NCBI GenBank assembly: GCA_036229005.1
Contig: JAZAMN010000057.1
Span: forward strand, 45,910 to 109,909
Reading direction: 5' to 3'
Origin: Myxococcota bacterium
Lineage (GTDB): Bacteria > Myxococcota_A > UBA796 > CAJQPC01
DNA: 64,000 nt
Shown: positions 55,254-64,000 of the stretch, piece after piece
Position numbering within the stretch: the first letter of the stretch is position 1
Layout of the letters: the number at the start of each line of letters is the position of its first letter
The notes under the pieces: model-generated
Database searches by the model: none
The model's input: only the letters and a program-made list of their open reading frames with translations
Told to the model about the DNA's origin: nothing
Made by a program: the position numbers and the translations under genes

Positions 55254-56645
55254 ATGGACGCAGGTCGAGCGAAGCTGGGACTCGCCGCGGTGGGGGTGGC
55301 GCTCCTGGCGCTGCTGCTGCTGTGGGTCTGGCCGTCAGGGCCGGAGACGGAGTCGGGTCAGGCGTCCGAGAGCGTGGGGCCGCGGCCGGAGCAGACCCAG
55401 CGGGCCCGGAGCCGAGGGGGCAGGTCGGACCGCCCTGTGGAGCCGGCCTCGCTCTCGGCGCCGATGGAGGCCCCCGCGCAGGTGCTCATCGAGGTGAGCC
55501 CCATCAAGAAGGAGCGGCTGGAGCGGAGCCGGTACATCCACCACGAGATCCGCCCCAACCACTGGTTCCCCCATGCGGACGAGGTCGGCATGGAGGACAG
55601 CGAGACCTACGCGCAGATGGATGCGTGGCTGGACGGACTGGGCATGTTCCCGCCTGAGGCGAGCGACCCGAAGGTGCCCGGCATCCTGGAGGCGGCGGAG
55701 GCGGAGGGGCTGATGTGGGACCACCTCCCGCCGGACGCGGACCCCTGGGAGGGGCTGCTGGCGCTGCAGGTGGAGTGGCTGGCCTCGCGGCGGGACTACA
55801 GCGACCAGCTGCACCAGCTGCACGCGGAGTACGAGGCCCGCTTTGGCTGCGGGCCCTATGACCGGCACCAGAACAGCGTGCACTCGAACCCCGAGGCCGG
55901 GGCCTGGTATGAGGCGCACGACATCGAGCGGGACACTGCCGGGACGGCGGCGCTTGCCAGGGAGCTTCAGGAGACCTTCCCGGAGCACCCCGTGGCGGAC
56001 TTCGCGCTGCTCTTCGAGCTGGATGTCGCCGCGGACAACCTGGGGGACGCCCACGATGCGCAGGCTGCTGTGGACCTGGCGCTGCACGCCTTCCAGGTGA
56101 GCTCGGACCCGCTGGTCGCTCAGGCCGCGGTCTCGCGGCTGACTCTCGGGCACAAGGTGACGCTGGAGCCTCAGGACTGGGAGCTGCCGGAGCGCAGCCT
56201 GGAGGAGTACCCCCACGTGCGGAACAGCGTCTGCGTGTTCGCGCTGGACAACGCGCTGGCCTCCGGGGACCTGGACCGGGCCGCCCACTGGCACGGGCTC
56301 TACGCTCAGGCGCTGGAGGGCGAGTGCGCCTGCGGAACCCACCGGGAGCCCAGCTACTGCGATCTGGAGTGCGGCTGGCTGGAGAAGGGTGGGATCCAGC
56401 TGCAGGCGATGGGAGCGCTCGAGCCGACCGACTGGGAGAGTGCCCTGCGGGCCGGAGCCACCCAGTGCGCCTGGGAGCCTGGCCTTGCGGGCGAGCGGGT
56501 GGAGATGGAGGGCACCTGGGACGGGCAGGCCTGGAGCTGGGTGGGCAACCCCATCGGCGAGTTCACGAGCTGCATCGTGGAGCTGGAGTCGGGGCCCTTC
56601 ATCCCGCCACTGGGGCAGCGGGTCGAGCTGCGCGCGAAGCCTTGA
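55254..56645 (+). CDS. Hypothetical membrane-anchored protein
   Basis: N-terminal TM helix, low-complexity linker, helical TPR-like middle (FPEHP..D.AL) and a Cys-containing C-terminus. Confidence 0.65.
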   Translation: MDAGRAKLGLAAVGVALLALLLLWVWPSGPETESGQASESVGPRPEQTQRARSRGGRSDRPVEPASLSAPMEAPAQVLIEVSPIKKERLERSRYIHHEIRPNHWFPHADEVGMEDSETYAQMDAWLDGLGMFPPEASDPKVPGILEAAEAEGLMWDHLPPDADPWEGLLALQVEWLASRRDYSDQLHQLHAEYEARFGCGPYDRHQNSVHSNPEAGAWYEAHDIERDTAGTAALARELQETFPEHPVADFALLFELDVAADNLGDAHDAQAAVDLALHAFQVSSDPLVAQAAVSRLTLGHKVTLEPQDWELPERSLEEYPHVRNSVCVFALDNALASGDLDRAAHWHGLYAQALEGECACGTHREPSYCDLECGWLEKGGIQLQAMGALEPTDWESALRAGATQCAWEPGLAGERVEMEGTWDGQAWSWVGNPIGEFTSCIVELESGPFIPPLGQRVELRAKP

Positions 56646-56719
56646 ACGGAACGTTGGTATTCGACTGGAAAGGTGGAATATCGGATCATGGGCCCCCGTA
56701 GTCCAGGGCAGGAGGACCC

Positions 56720-57127
56720 GTGTTTCGCCCGCCCCGCCCCGCCGCCGTCGACTTCTCGGCGCTGGGGACTCTGTTGTTGGCGCTCCCTTTCGCCCACTGG
56801 GCCCTGGCGACCGGGCTCCTGGGGATCCTGCTGGGGACCCACGGACCCTACCCGGACCTGGTTTTCGTCTTCGGGATCTTCCTCTGGGTGGCGCTGCCCT
56901 TCCTGGGCCTTTTCGTGTCCATCCTGGTCTTCCGGAGCCGCAACCCCGTGGTCCGTGGCGTGGCCATCGGCTGGTGGCTCGTCAACGCCTTCGTGCTGGT
57001 GCTCCGCGGGGAGCTGGTCTTTGGCGCGCTGGCCGTGTTCCTGCTGGTGCTGGGCACCTTCCTGCTCTTCTTCGGTCGGGGCGTGGACCGCTGGTATCTG
57101 CAGCTGGTGGAGTCGCCGGCGGGCTGA
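56720..57127 (+). CDS. Hypothetical membrane protein
   Basis: 135 aa with four hydrophobic segments; AGGAGG RBS. Confidence 0.6.
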   Translation: MFRPPRPAAVDFSALGTLLLALPFAHWALATGLLGILLGTHGPYPDLVFVFGIFLWVALPFLGLFVSILVFRSRNPVVRGVAIGWWLVNAFVLVLRGELVFGALAVFLLVLGTFLLFFGRGVDRWYLQLVESPAG

Positions 57128-57130
57128 TGG

Positions 57131-57371
57131 AACGCAACCCACTGCGAATGCACCACGGGCGGACGCAACCCCATGCGAATGCACCACGGGCGGGCGCAAC
57201 CCAGGGCGAATGCACCACGGAGCCGCCTCTCGCACCCAAATCGGCGGCGCTGTGGTGCACTCGGCTGGGGTTGCGCGCGGGGATGGTGCACTCGACTGGG
57301 GTTGCGCAGCGAGTCGGTGCACTCGGCTGGGGTTGCGCAGCGAGTCGGTGCATTCGGCTGGGGTTGCGCCC
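57131..57371. repeat. Family D element: opposed 31-bp arrays
   Basis: Three CGCAACCC...GAATGCACCACGG units followed by four inverted GTGCACTCGGCTGGGGTTGCG units. Confidence 0.85.
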
Positions 57372-57457
57372 AGCCGCGCCTCGCCATGCCCCCGCGTGGG
57401 ACCGGTGAAGGATGGCAGGGAGGCCAAGCTGGGTGACCCTGCATGCAGGAGTACGCC

Positions 57458-60412
57458 ATGACCCGCCTTCTGCCTGCGCTTTCCCTGTCCACGCTGCTCG
57501 CTCTGGTGCTGCTCGCCTGCGACAAGGACGCCAGCGTCGAGCCCCAGGACGACACCCAGACCGACTCGGTGGCAGACACGGCCCCCACCGACGACACCGG
57601 CCCGGTCGACGACACCGGCGAGGTGCTGGCCGAGCGGGAGCTGCTGGTCACGGCGCTGGTGGACGGCCGCGTGAAGGTGCCCGGGCTGGCGGTCTGGCCC
57701 CAGGACCGCCCCGAGGCCGCGGTCGAGACGGACGCCTGGGGCGACGCGCTGCTGACCCTGCGCGACGACGAGACGACCCTCTGTCTGGGCTTCATCGACG
57801 ACACCGGCGAGTGGGTCTGCGAGGACACCACCCTGGACGCCCTGGCGGTCGACGTGGTGCTGGACGCCGAGCTCCCCGGCCTCAGCGTGGGCCGCATCCT
57901 GGACCAGGGCGGCGCGAGCGTCGTCCACCGGGGCCTGCTCCATCAAGACGTGAGCCTCAGCCACAGCGGCCAGGGCAGCAGCATCGCCGGGATCGGCGGC
58001 TGGTTCGTCGTGCAGGACGCGGGCACCGTGACCGCCACCATCAAGGGCACCGCGCTCTCCGTCAGCGGCGACGCCGACAAGGGAGAGCTGAGCCTGAGCT
58101 GGCCGAACACCTCGCCCGAGGTGACCGGGCCGCCGGTGATCTACAACGGCACCGCCTACTTCCGCAGCGGCGAGACCTTGGAGGTCGACGCCTCCGGCAC
58201 CTTCTCCGACCCCGACGACGACCCCCTGAGCGTGCGCACCGAGTGGAGCGCGCCCGCCATGGGCGTCGTGATCGCCCAGGACGGCCGCGGCGGCGTGGCC
58301 TTCGCCCCCATTCGCCTGCGGGACAGCGACACCCTGCACGTCTACGGCGAGGCCGACGCGGGCACCGAGATCTCCCTCTGCGACGGCAGCGCGCTGACCG
58401 TAGACGAAAGCGGCGCCTACGCGACGGACCTCAAGATCCCCGCCGACGCCCGCTGCGTGGTCAACTTCGACAACGGCGGCCGGCGCTGGACCCACGTCCT
58501 GGTGGCCCACGGCAACTCCCTGCGGCTGGACGGCCCGGACGGGAGCTGGGACAGCAGCACCACCTTCTCGGGGGAGAAGGGAGGAGAGCTCAAGAGCGCG
58601 GACGGCACGGTGAAGCTCACCATCCCGGGTGGGTCGGTGGTCTACCCCGACACCGGCAGGACCGTCACCGGCGAGGTCACCCTGATGCTGACCCAACCCG
58701 ACCCCCTGGAGGGCGTGCCCGGAGAGCCCATCGCCGAGCGCAAGGGGGTCCCCGTGGGGCTGGACACCTTCGGGCTGATCTCCTGGTCCCTCCAGGACGC
58801 CAAGGGCACCGAGCTGGCCATCGGCGGCAAGGCCCAGCTCGAGGTGCAGGTCTCCGAGTCCGACGCCAAGGGCGCGGAGCTCGCGCTGGTGCAGCTGGAC
58901 GAGCAGAGCGGCACCTGGGAGGCCCTGGGCGCCTCGGTGAGCGGCAGCACCGTGAGCTTCTCGGGGTCCCTGAGCCCCGCCTCCCTCGCGGTGGCCGAGG
59001 TGTTCGAGGACTTTGGATGCGTGCGGGTCTACGTGGCGCCCGGCTCGGTCAAGGGCACCCCCATCGTGGCCCGCGAGGTCAACCGCGCCCTCTACCCCGT
59101 CAACATGGTGGGGCCGGTGGGCGTGCTCACGATGACCGAGCTGACCAAAGCCGTCGACATCGTGCTCTACGACGGCCACGGCTACGAGGTGGACCGCGCC
59201 CGGGTCCCCGTGGGGCTGACCTCGCTGTCGGCCTGGCCGCAGACCGCCCCCCACGGCGGCTGCACCGACATCACCCTGCCCCAGGCCCCGCCCCCGGGCA
59301 GCTTCCTGAGCCGCCGACTCGTGGGCGACCAGACCATCCCCGGCGGACACACCCCGGGCGATGTGGCGGAGGCCTACTACAAGGCCATCGATCCCAACGA
59401 CGAGATGACCACCTTCCAGGACTGGGTGGACAGCCTGCAGTGGCCGGACAAGCTGGACGGCAGCGGGAACTTCGACCCCCGGCGCTCCGGCGGCGACGAC
59501 GCCTTCGCGATCTACGGCAACGACGGCGACCTGGGCTTCGGGCGCGAGATGCACCTGCGCGTCTGGGAGGACTGGGACCCCGGCCAGACCGGTGAGGCCC
59601 CCATCGTGGCCATGTACACGACCAACTACGCCAGCGTGGGCGACGCCGCGGCCCAGAGCGGCGTGATCGCCACGGTGGCCATGGACTACCGCCCCAACCC
59701 GGGCAGCGGCGGGGGCTACTACACCCGCTTCTACGCCTTCGACGCCGCCGGCAACCGCATCGGCGAGCTGCCCCTGGACGACTTTGGGGTCAAGGCCATG
59801 CCCGACCTGTGCACCAACTGCCACGGCGGCACCCCCGCCATGGAGAGCCAGCTGACCCTGGATGCCACCGGCGCGCTGGTCTACCCCAGCGAGGGCCGGA
59901 TGTCGGGCTGGGCGGGCGACCCCACCTGGCTGCCCTTCCCCGTGGAGTCCTTTGGCTACCACCCCAGCTACAACCGCGCCGGCCAGGAGGCCGCCTTCAA
60001 GGTGCTCAACGAGTCCCTGCTGGACACCAACGTGGGCCCGGCCACCCAGGAGCTGATCGCCGGCTGGTACGCGGGCGGGGCGAGCGTCCAGGACGAACAC
60101 TTCGTCCCCGCGGACTGGCAGGCCCACCCCGCCAACAGCAGCGTGGACGCCCAGGCGCTCTACCAGGACGTGGTGCAGCCCCACTGCCGCACCTGCCATC
60201 TGGCCATGCCCAGCCACGTGGACATGCACAGCGTCGCCGAGTTCACCGGCTACGGCACCTACCTGGACACCCTGGTCTGCGACGCCCCCACCCAGATGCC
60301 CCACGCCCAGGTCACCCAGGCCAACTTCTACGCGGACATCGACGCCAAGCTGACCTTCGCCCAGGAGATGGGGGACGCGACGGGGAGCAGCTGGGGGGCG
60401 TGCCCGAACTGA
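57458..60412 (+). CDS. Large multidomain lipoprotein with a C-terminal di-heme c-type cytochrome region
   Basis: LLAC lipobox, Ig-like beta-rich domains, CTNCH and CRTCH heme motifs, and a distal MP (QMPHA). Confidence 0.75.
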   Translation: MTRLLPALSLSTLLALVLLACDKDASVEPQDDTQTDSVADTAPTDDTGPVDDTGEVLAERELLVTALVDGRVKVPGLAVWPQDRPEAAVETDAWGDALLTLRDDETTLCLGFIDDTGEWVCEDTTLDALAVDVVLDAELPGLSVGRILDQGGASVVHRGLLHQDVSLSHSGQGSSIAGIGGWFVVQDAGTVTATIKGTALSVSGDADKGELSLSWPNTSPEVTGPPVIYNGTAYFRSGETLEVDASGTFSDPDDDPLSVRTEWSAPAMGVVIAQDGRGGVAFAPIRLRDSDTLHVYGEADAGTEISLCDGSALTVDESGAYATDLKIPADARCVVNFDNGGRRWTHVLVAHGNSLRLDGPDGSWDSSTTFSGEKGGELKSADGTVKLTIPGGSVVYPDTGRTVTGEVTLMLTQPDPLEGVPGEPIAERKGVPVGLDTFGLISWSLQDAKGTELAIGGKAQLEVQVSESDAKGAELALVQLDEQSGTWEALGASVSGSTVSFSGSLSPASLAVAEVFEDFGCVRVYVAPGSVKGTPIVAREVNRALYPVNMVGPVGVLTMTELTKAVDIVLYDGHGYEVDRARVPVGLTSLSAWPQTAPHGGCTDITLPQAPPPGSFLSRRLVGDQTIPGGHTPGDVAEAYYKAIDPNDEMTTFQDWVDSLQWPDKLDGSGNFDPRRSGGDDAFAIYGNDGDLGFGREMHLRVWEDWDPGQTGEAPIVAMYTTNYASVGDAAAQSGVIATVAMDYRPNPGSGGGYYTRFYAFDAAGNRIGELPLDDFGVKAMPDLCTNCHGGTPAMESQLTLDATGALVYPSEGRMSGWAGDPTWLPFPVESFGYHPSYNRAGQEAAFKVLNESLLDTNVGPATQELIAGWYAGGASVQDEHFVPADWQAHPANSSVDAQALYQDVVQPHCRTCHLAMPSHVDMHSVAEFTGYGTYLDTLVCDAPTQMPHAQVTQANFYADIDAKLTFAQEMGDATGSSWGACPN

Positions 60413-60414
60413 TT

Positions 60415-60946
60415 TGTATGGGGGCCTCGCGACCTCACTGAGGCCCAGTCAAGCTGGGTCCACCCCCCGCGGGCCTTCCGGGGGGACATGAGCGGAAGCC
60501 GCCCTCGGCGCGTCGGCGCGGCTGCGCCGCTTCTTTGGCTTTGTCGGGCGGCTCCCGGCCCCCCTCCAGGCCGGGCTGCAGGCGCAGGTTTGCGCGCTGC
60601 AGCCTCATCGCCCCCCAGATGGAGAGCCTAGGGTCCCTGAATGAGCGGACTTTTTTGGCTACGGCCCACCGGTGAGCGCTCAGGCCACCGATCCGGGGGT
60701 TCTGGGAGCTCAAAAGGCCAGATTTCGGCCAGATCCACGGGTTTGGGGGCCGCAATCGGGGAAAAAGCGCTCACCGGTGACGGGTAGCCTCAGAACTTCG
60801 CTCATTCGGCCCCCGTAGCCACGGGTGGTCGCTCATTGGAGGGCCGTAGCTGTCGGCGGAGCCGCCTCGCACCCGTCCGAGCGAACTCCCCGCGGGGGGT
60901 GACCCCGGCGCCGCCGGGGTTCAGGGGGGTCGCGAGACCCCCATAC
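60415..60946. repeat. REPIN-like composite: inverted family C ends enclosing a family A element
   Basis: TGTATGGGGG..TCGCGACC at the left end and GGGGGGTCGCGAGACCCCCATACA at the right; GGCTAC/GTAGCC arms at 60636-60850. Confidence 0.8.
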
Positions 60947-60956
60947 AAAACCACCC

Positions 60957-61676
60957 TCAGCCCTCCAACAGCCCCTGCACCCGCCGGAACCACCCCACCG
61001 CCTTGGTCACGGGGGCCATGTGGCCGCCGTCGACGAGCTCCAGGTTCATCTGGGGGAGCGTGTCCGCGAGCAGGCTCATGGAGCGGCGCTGGGCCAGCGG
61101 CGTGTCGCGGCCCAGGGTGACGTGGAAGGGCGGCAGCGCGGTCCACTGCTCGGGGCCCTGGTCCTCGACCATGAGCTGGTGGACCTGGGCGAAGAGCTTG
61201 TGCCCCTGCGCGACCAGGGACTCCTGCATGGGCGGCAGCAGCGCGTCGAAGGTGCCCGCCCCGCTCCAGAAGTCGATGAAGTCCCGCACCCAGGTGGGGT
61301 CTCCGCTGCGCGCCGGATCCAGGAAGGGCGCCACGCGCTGGTCGAACTCCCGGACCTCGCTGGGGGTCGCCAGCGCTCGATAGCAGCCCCAGAGCACCGG
61401 CTCGTGCAAGACGATGTGCCGCACCCTGTCGGGCCGGGCCAGCGCCACCTTGAGCCCCAGAGCCCCCCCGTAGCTGTGGCCGACGATGTCCACGGCACCC
61501 TCGGTCTGGTCGAGCAGGGCCAGGGTCTTGTCCAGGTCGGCCTGGATGCGCCAGTCGGGGTCGGCGGCCGGCCAGCGCTCCCGGAAGTCCGGCGCGATGC
61601 GGTCGTGGGGCAGGCGCTCGAAGGCCTTGAACTGGCGGGGGCCGGTGCCCGAAGAGTGCAGCAGGAGCAGGTTCAT
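60957..61676 (-). CDS. Alpha/beta hydrolase
   Basis: LLLHSSG, VGHSYGG (GxSxG), HEP and GHMAP. Confidence 0.85.
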   Translation of the reverse strand: MNLLLLHSSGTGPRQFKAFERLPHDRIAPDFRERWPAADPDWRIQADLDKTLALLDQTEGAVDIVGHSYGGALGLKVALARPDRVRHIVLHEPVLWGCYRALATPSEVREFDQRVAPFLDPARSGDPTWVRDFIDFWSGAGTFDALLPPMQESLVAQGHKLFAQVHQLMVEDQGPEQWTALPPFHVTLGRDTPLAQRRSMSLLADTLPQMNLELVDGGHMAPVTKAVGWFRRVQGLLEG

Positions 61677-61695
61677 GCCGACCGAGTAACGCCCG

Positions 61696-62322
61696 TCAGT
61701 GCTGAACGGGAGCGCCCCGCCGAGTCCCCGCAACCCCGGCGGCCAACACCCGCTGGAGCGCGGCCTGCTCCGGGGTGCACCGGGCCTGGATGGAGGCGGT
61801 GGCGGTCTGCGGGTCGATGTCCTCGCCGGCGGCCATGAAGGGCAAGAGCTCCGCGGGCACACACAGGGCCAGAGCGGTGTGCTCCTGAGGCGAGAGGGCC
61901 TGACCCGCCATCGCCCTCCCCAACAGACCCTTGGCGGCGCGCACCTGCGGAGTGTCGGCGGGCTGGAGCACGTGCTTCTTGAAGACCAGCAGCATGCGCT
62001 GGGTCTGGAGGGTCGCCAGGCCGTCTCGGACCAGGCCCTGGGCGCAGAGGTCGACGATGGCGATCTCCGCCATCAGCTCGCGCGCGGCGGTCTCCACCTG
62101 CGTGCCCGGGAGCGCGGCGAGCACGGCGTCCAGCGCGGGGTCCTGGAGGGGGGTGGGGTCGAGCACCTGCAGCGCGTCGCCCTCGATCCGAACGCGGCCG
62201 GCGAGCGCCAGATCCGCGATGCACCCGGCCACCAGCAGCACGCCCCCGACCAGCCGCAGCGGAAAGTGGAGCAGGCCCTGCTCGTCCAGGGCGTTGAGGT
62301 GCAGGAGCTGGTGGACGCGCAT
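61696..62322 (-). CDS. GPP34 / GOLPH3-family protein
   Basis: L.L.ALD..G, GG.L.A..ADLAL.GRV, DP.P..DPALD..L and L..G..R.G....RMLLVF. Confidence 0.6.
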   Translation of the reverse strand: MRVHQLLHLNALDEQGLLHFPLRLVGGVLLVAGCIADLALAGRVRIEGDALQVLDPTPLQDPALDAVLAALPGTQVETAARELMAEIAIVDLCAQGLVRDGLATLQTQRMLLVFKKHVLQPADTPQVRAAKGLLGRAMAGQALSPQEHTALALCVPAELLPFMAAGEDIDPQTATASIQARCTPEQAALQRVLAAGVAGTRRGAPVQH

Positions 62323-62349
62323 GGGCTCTCCGGAGGCGCCGAGTATGCG

Positions 62350-63048
62350 TCAGCGGGCGGCCTCGCGTTCGATCTCCTTGCGCCGGGCCTTTCCGCGCAC
62401 CGCCCAGTAGGGCTTGAAGCGGATCCAGCTCCGGTCGACGCCCCGGGCGAGCAGTGCGTCGCGGCAGGCCTTGGCCATGTCGGCCTCTCCGGAGAGGAGG
62501 ATCTCTCCCCGTCCGGGCGGGAGGGCCCACCGCTCGGCCCAAAGGGCCGCCTGGTCGGCGCGCACCACATCCAGTGACAACCCGAGCTCGGCGAGGACAG
62601 GAGTAGGCGCACCGTCAAGCACCACCGCACCGTGCATCGGCCGCTCGGCGGCCTCGGCCCAGGCCACGAAGAGCCCCAGGGCGGTCTGGTCCCCGATGAC
62701 CAGGCACCAGTCCGCGGGGGTGGGCGCCGGCACCGAGCGGGCGGGCCCCAAGTAAGAGGCCGCGTCCCCCACCTGCGCCTTGGCGGCCCACTGGGCGGCG
62801 GGGCCCTGGCCGTGCAGGTGGAAGAGCAGCTCCATGCGGTCGCCCGTCCAGCGCATGGGGGTGTAGCTGCGGAGCACGCCGTCCACGCGCAGCTTGACCT
62901 TCTGGCCGGGGGTCCACGCGCTGCCGTCCTGGGCGCCGGAGAAGGCGAGCACGACGAGCTCCTCGCTGAGCTGGCGGCGCTCACTGACCACCACCGGCTG
63001 GGCGGCGAGGCCCGCCGCCGCACCCTTGATTCGTTCCTTAAAGCTCAC
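62350..63048 (-). CDS. Siderophore-interacting protein-like FAD-binding oxidoreductase
   Basis: PGQKV, RSYTP, HGQGPAA.WA, GP, IGDQTAL, GEA and KPYW; GAGGAG RBS before GTG. Confidence 0.8.
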   Translation of the reverse strand: MSFKERIKGAAAGLAAQPVVVSERRQLSEELVVLAFSGAQDGSAWTPGQKVKLRVDGVLRSYTPMRWTGDRMELLFHLHGQGPAAQWAAKAQVGDAASYLGPARSVPAPTPADWCLVIGDQTALGLFVAWAEAAERPMHGAVVLDGAPTPVLAELGLSLDVVRADQAALWAERWALPPGRGEILLSGEADMAKACRDALLARGVDRSWIRFKPYWAVRGKARRKEIEREAAR

Positions 63049-63103
63049 CGACCCTCCTCGCTGCAGCGCGCTACCTGCACAAGCTACGCACCCGAGGTTC
63101 CCT

Positions 63104-63733
63104 GTGGCTGAGCTGATCATCTTCGACTTTGACGGGACGCTGTCCGACTCCCGCCACTCCATCGTCCTGTGCTTCCAGGGTGCCTGCCGGGAGCGGGGCT
63201 TCGAGGCCCCGGATGAGCAGGTGATCGCCCCCTTGATCGGGCTGCCTCTGGTGGAGATGTTCCCGCGCTCGCTGGGTGCGCTGGGGACCTCAGAGATCGA
63301 CGCGCTGGTTCAAAGCTACCGGGACCTGTATGTGCCGATCGATCTGCAGCACACCACGCTGTTTGAGGGCGTGCCGGAGCTGCTGAGCGGCCTGGCCGGG
63401 CGGCGCATGGCCATCGCCACCAGCAAGTCCCAGCAGGGCGCCGAGCGCTCGGTCGGTCGGGCCGGGCTGACCCACCACTTCGAGATGCTGGTCGGTCACG
63501 ACTCCGTCGCGCGGCCCAAGCCGAACCCCGACATGATCGAGTTCATCCTGGAGCGCACCGGGGTGGCCCCGCAGGACGCGGTGATGGTGGGCGACACGAC
63601 CTTCGACCTGGAGATGGCCGACAACGCGGGAGTGCGCGCGGTGGGGGTGTCCTGGGGGATGCACGGGGCCGAGCGGCTGGCGCGGTGGGAGGTCGTGCAG
63701 GACATGGCGGGGTTGCGGGGGGCGTTGGGGTGA
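63104..63733 (+). CDS. HAD-family hydrolase (phosphoglycolate-phosphatase-like)
   Basis: IFDFDGTL.DS, IATSK, KPNP and MVGDT..D..MA.NAG. Confidence 0.9.
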   Translation: MAELIIFDFDGTLSDSRHSIVLCFQGACRERGFEAPDEQVIAPLIGLPLVEMFPRSLGALGTSEIDALVQSYRDLYVPIDLQHTTLFEGVPELLSGLAGRRMAIATSKSQQGAERSVGRAGLTHHFEMLVGHDSVARPKPNPDMIEFILERTGVAPQDAVMVGDTTFDLEMADNAGVRAVGVSWGMHGAERLARWEVVQDMAGLRGALG

Positions 63734-63734
63734 G

Positions 63735-63867
63735 GCGGGTATCGGAGGTCGGGGGCCGGGTATCGGGTATCGGGTATCGGGTATCGGGGGTCGGGGGTCG
63801 GGTATCGGGTATCGGGTGGGACGCTTGGGCGGGTTGCGGCGACCGGGGACAGGCGACCGGGGACCGG
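63735..63867. repeat. Truncated family B repeat with GGGTATC heptamers
   Basis: GGGTATC/GGGGGTC runs followed by GGCGACCGGGGACAGGCGACCGGGGACCGG, then an abrupt end. Confidence 0.75.
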
Positions 63868-64000
63868 ACATCACTACCGTTTCGTCCACCCAAATCTCAC
63901 CCAAGGCCCATCGCCCACGGCACGCCGTTGGCCTTCAAGCGCCGCACGTAGCGGTCGTGGTCGTAGGGCTGCCCTGTCTTCTGGATTGCCGTGATGATGC
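63868..64000 (-). mobile_element. Right end of a probable IS110-family element; partial transposase C-terminus ends at the TGA at 63897-63899
   Basis: Minus-strand frame IITAIQKTGQPYDHDRYVRRLKANGVPWAMGLG* resembles IS110 C-termini (II....K...PYD...Y...L...G.P); short tail ending GATGT abuts the repeat. Confidence 0.5.

Noticed and set aside
56354..60304. 1316-aa minus-strand ORF
   Set aside because: It is the antisense shadow of the GC3-rich lipoprotein gene, runs through repeats and has no recognisable motifs.
1..64000. tRNA or rRNA genes
   Set aside because: No cloverleaf with T-loop/D-loop signatures or rRNA-like sequence was recognised by eye; a tRNAscan/Infernal run would be needed to exclude them fully.

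Overview
Very GC-rich bacterial DNA. The gene content (many lipoproteins, Cys/Asp-rich DxDxDG repeats, an AgmX/PglI-like C-terminal domain) suggests Myxococcota, but this is an inference. About 55 CDSs are supported. They include an atuC/D/E/F-like acyclic-terpene or branched acyl-CoA operon with a BKACE gene and a LiuR-type operator, pntAB, priA, galU, an NAD-salvage operon (pncB-like, pncA-like, nrtR) with two tandem 21-bp operator palindromes, an OYE, a Ski2-like helicase, and Fur plus a degenerate shikimate kinase. The strongest candidate for a new system is the minus-strand operon at 49132-52429. It encodes a membrane desaturase, an extended-SDR fatty-acyl reductase, a homolog of cyanobacterial aldehyde-deformylating oxygenase (ADO) and an ADO-like paralog lacking its iron ligands. 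This looks like a non-cyanobacterial alk(a/e)ne pathway, although the ADO gene carries one in-frame TAG at a conserved Gln. Other notable features: several unrelated intergenic repeat families all built on a 31-bp unit; an integron-cassette-like low-GC gene bounded by 20-bp inverted repeats; an IS110-like element inserted into a repeat copy at the window end; a repeat-anchored duplication that created a chimeric lipoprotein; and many lipoproteins with ultra-short signal peptides. No rRNA, tRNA or CRISPR array was recognised. All protein calls come from motif recognition by eye, not database searches.
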